Shown here piece by piece: positions 62,861 to 64,000 of a DNA stretch of 64,000 bases (the stretch's first letter is position 1; the number at the start of each line of letters is the position of its first letter). Below the pieces are notes generated by a model, which saw only the letters and a list, made by a program, of their open reading frames with translations, was not told where the DNA came from and did no database searches. A program made the translations under genes and the position numbers. This stretch comes from Camelus dromedarius (taxonomy: Eukaryota): positions 82,524,001 to 82,588,000 of the forward strand of contig NC_087437.1 in NCBI RefSeq assembly GCF_036321535.1. The letters run 5' to 3'.

Positions 62861-64000
62861 CTGCTTTTGTTATAGCCTTTGTTTTAAAGTCTATTTTGTC
62901 TGATATGAGTATTGCTACCCCTGCTTTCTTGTCCTTACTATTTGTGTAAAATATATTTTTCCACCCTCTCACTTTCAGTCTGTGCGTATCTTTAGCTCTG
63001 AAGTGAGTCTCTTATAAGCACCATATAAATGGGTTTTGTTTCTTTATCCAATAAGCTACCCTATGTCTTTTCATTGAAATATTTATTCCGTTGACATTTA
63101 AAGAGATTATTGATAGATATGTACTTACTATCATTTTGTTACTTGTTTTCTGGTTGTTTTTGTAGCTCTTCTCTGTTCTTTTCCTCCTGTAGTTCGATGA
63201 TTTTCTTTAGTGGTATGCTTATGTTCCTTTCTCTCTAGTTTTAGTGAATCTGTTTTTTGTTTTTGATTTGTGGTTACCATGGGGTTCCTATATGTTGACC
63301 TATAAGAATATCTATTATTTTAAACTGGAAGTCACTTAAGTTCAAAGACATTCTTTTAAAAATCTACCTTTTAACTCTGTCCCCCACATTTTGAGTTTTT
63401 GATGTCATATTTTTCATATTCATGTTGTTTATCCCTTCACTGTTTATTGCAGTTATAGTTGATTTTATACTTTTTTGTCTTTTCATCTTTATACTTGCTT
63501 ATTTATGTGGTTGATCTTCAGCCTTTACTATAGATCTGCCTTTACTATTGGGATTTTTCTAAATACTTATCTCTTATTGTAATCTTTTCCAAGACCCTTT
63601 AACATTTTTTAGGGTCAATTTAGTATTGATGAACTCTTAATTTTTGCTTGTCTGATAAGTTCTTTATCTGTCCTTCAGTTCTAAATGATAATCTTGCTGG
63701 ATAGAGTAGCCTAAGTTGCTGGTGTTTCCTTTTTAGCACTTCAAATATGTCATGCTACTCCCTCTGGCCTGCAAGTTTCTGCAGAAGAATCAGCAGATAG
63801 CCTTATGGGGGTTCCCTTGTGTATTACAACTCTTTGTTTTTCTTTTGCTGTCTTTAGAATTCTCTCTGTATCTTTAATTTTTGCCATTTCAGTTATGATA
63901 AAGTCTTTGTGTGATTCTGTTTGTATTCATTTTTTGGGACTCTGTGTTTCCTATACCTGGACATCTTTTTCCTTCTTCAGGTTCAGGAATTCTTCCACCA
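62861..64000 (-). mobile_element. L1 ORF2 start, inter-ORF and ORF1 region (runs off the window)
   Basis: TTAAAGTCTATTTTGTCTGATATGAGTATTGCTACCCC (antisense endonuclease motif); AATCTTGCTGGATAGAGTA; GATAGCCTTATGGGGGTTCCCTTGT (ORF1). Confidence 0.8.

Overview
Repeat-rich, AT-rich, CpG-depleted non-coding mammalian DNA. It is most likely camelid (alpaca/camel), judged from memory of the young LINE-1 3' UTR type and from the absence of Alu, Bov-tA, PRE-1, CHR or SINEC SINEs. I find no credible host protein-coding gene, RNA gene or CRISPR array. The ORFs with recognisable protein similarity are decayed LINE-1 ORF2 fragments, and the rest look like chance ORFs or microsatellite artefacts. The window is a layered record of transposable elements: ancient L3/CR1, L2, MIR, L1ME/L1MB, MLT1, MER82, MER53, MER103C and Charlie, plus younger ERV solo LTRs and lineage-specific L1s. 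The most notable structures are: two L1s inserted at the same target site (triple TSD); a nested L1 complex carrying an ancient L1MB-type 3' end (possible 3' transduction or chimera); a solo LTR with a 24-bp CCAAT-box array; an unclassified CpG-rich 308-bp LTR; and a strong minus-strand bias of L1/ERV1 insertions, suggesting an intron of a plus-strand transcription unit. I do not see evidence of a new biological system. Repeat family names come from recalled consensus sequences, not a search, and boundaries without TSDs are approximate.
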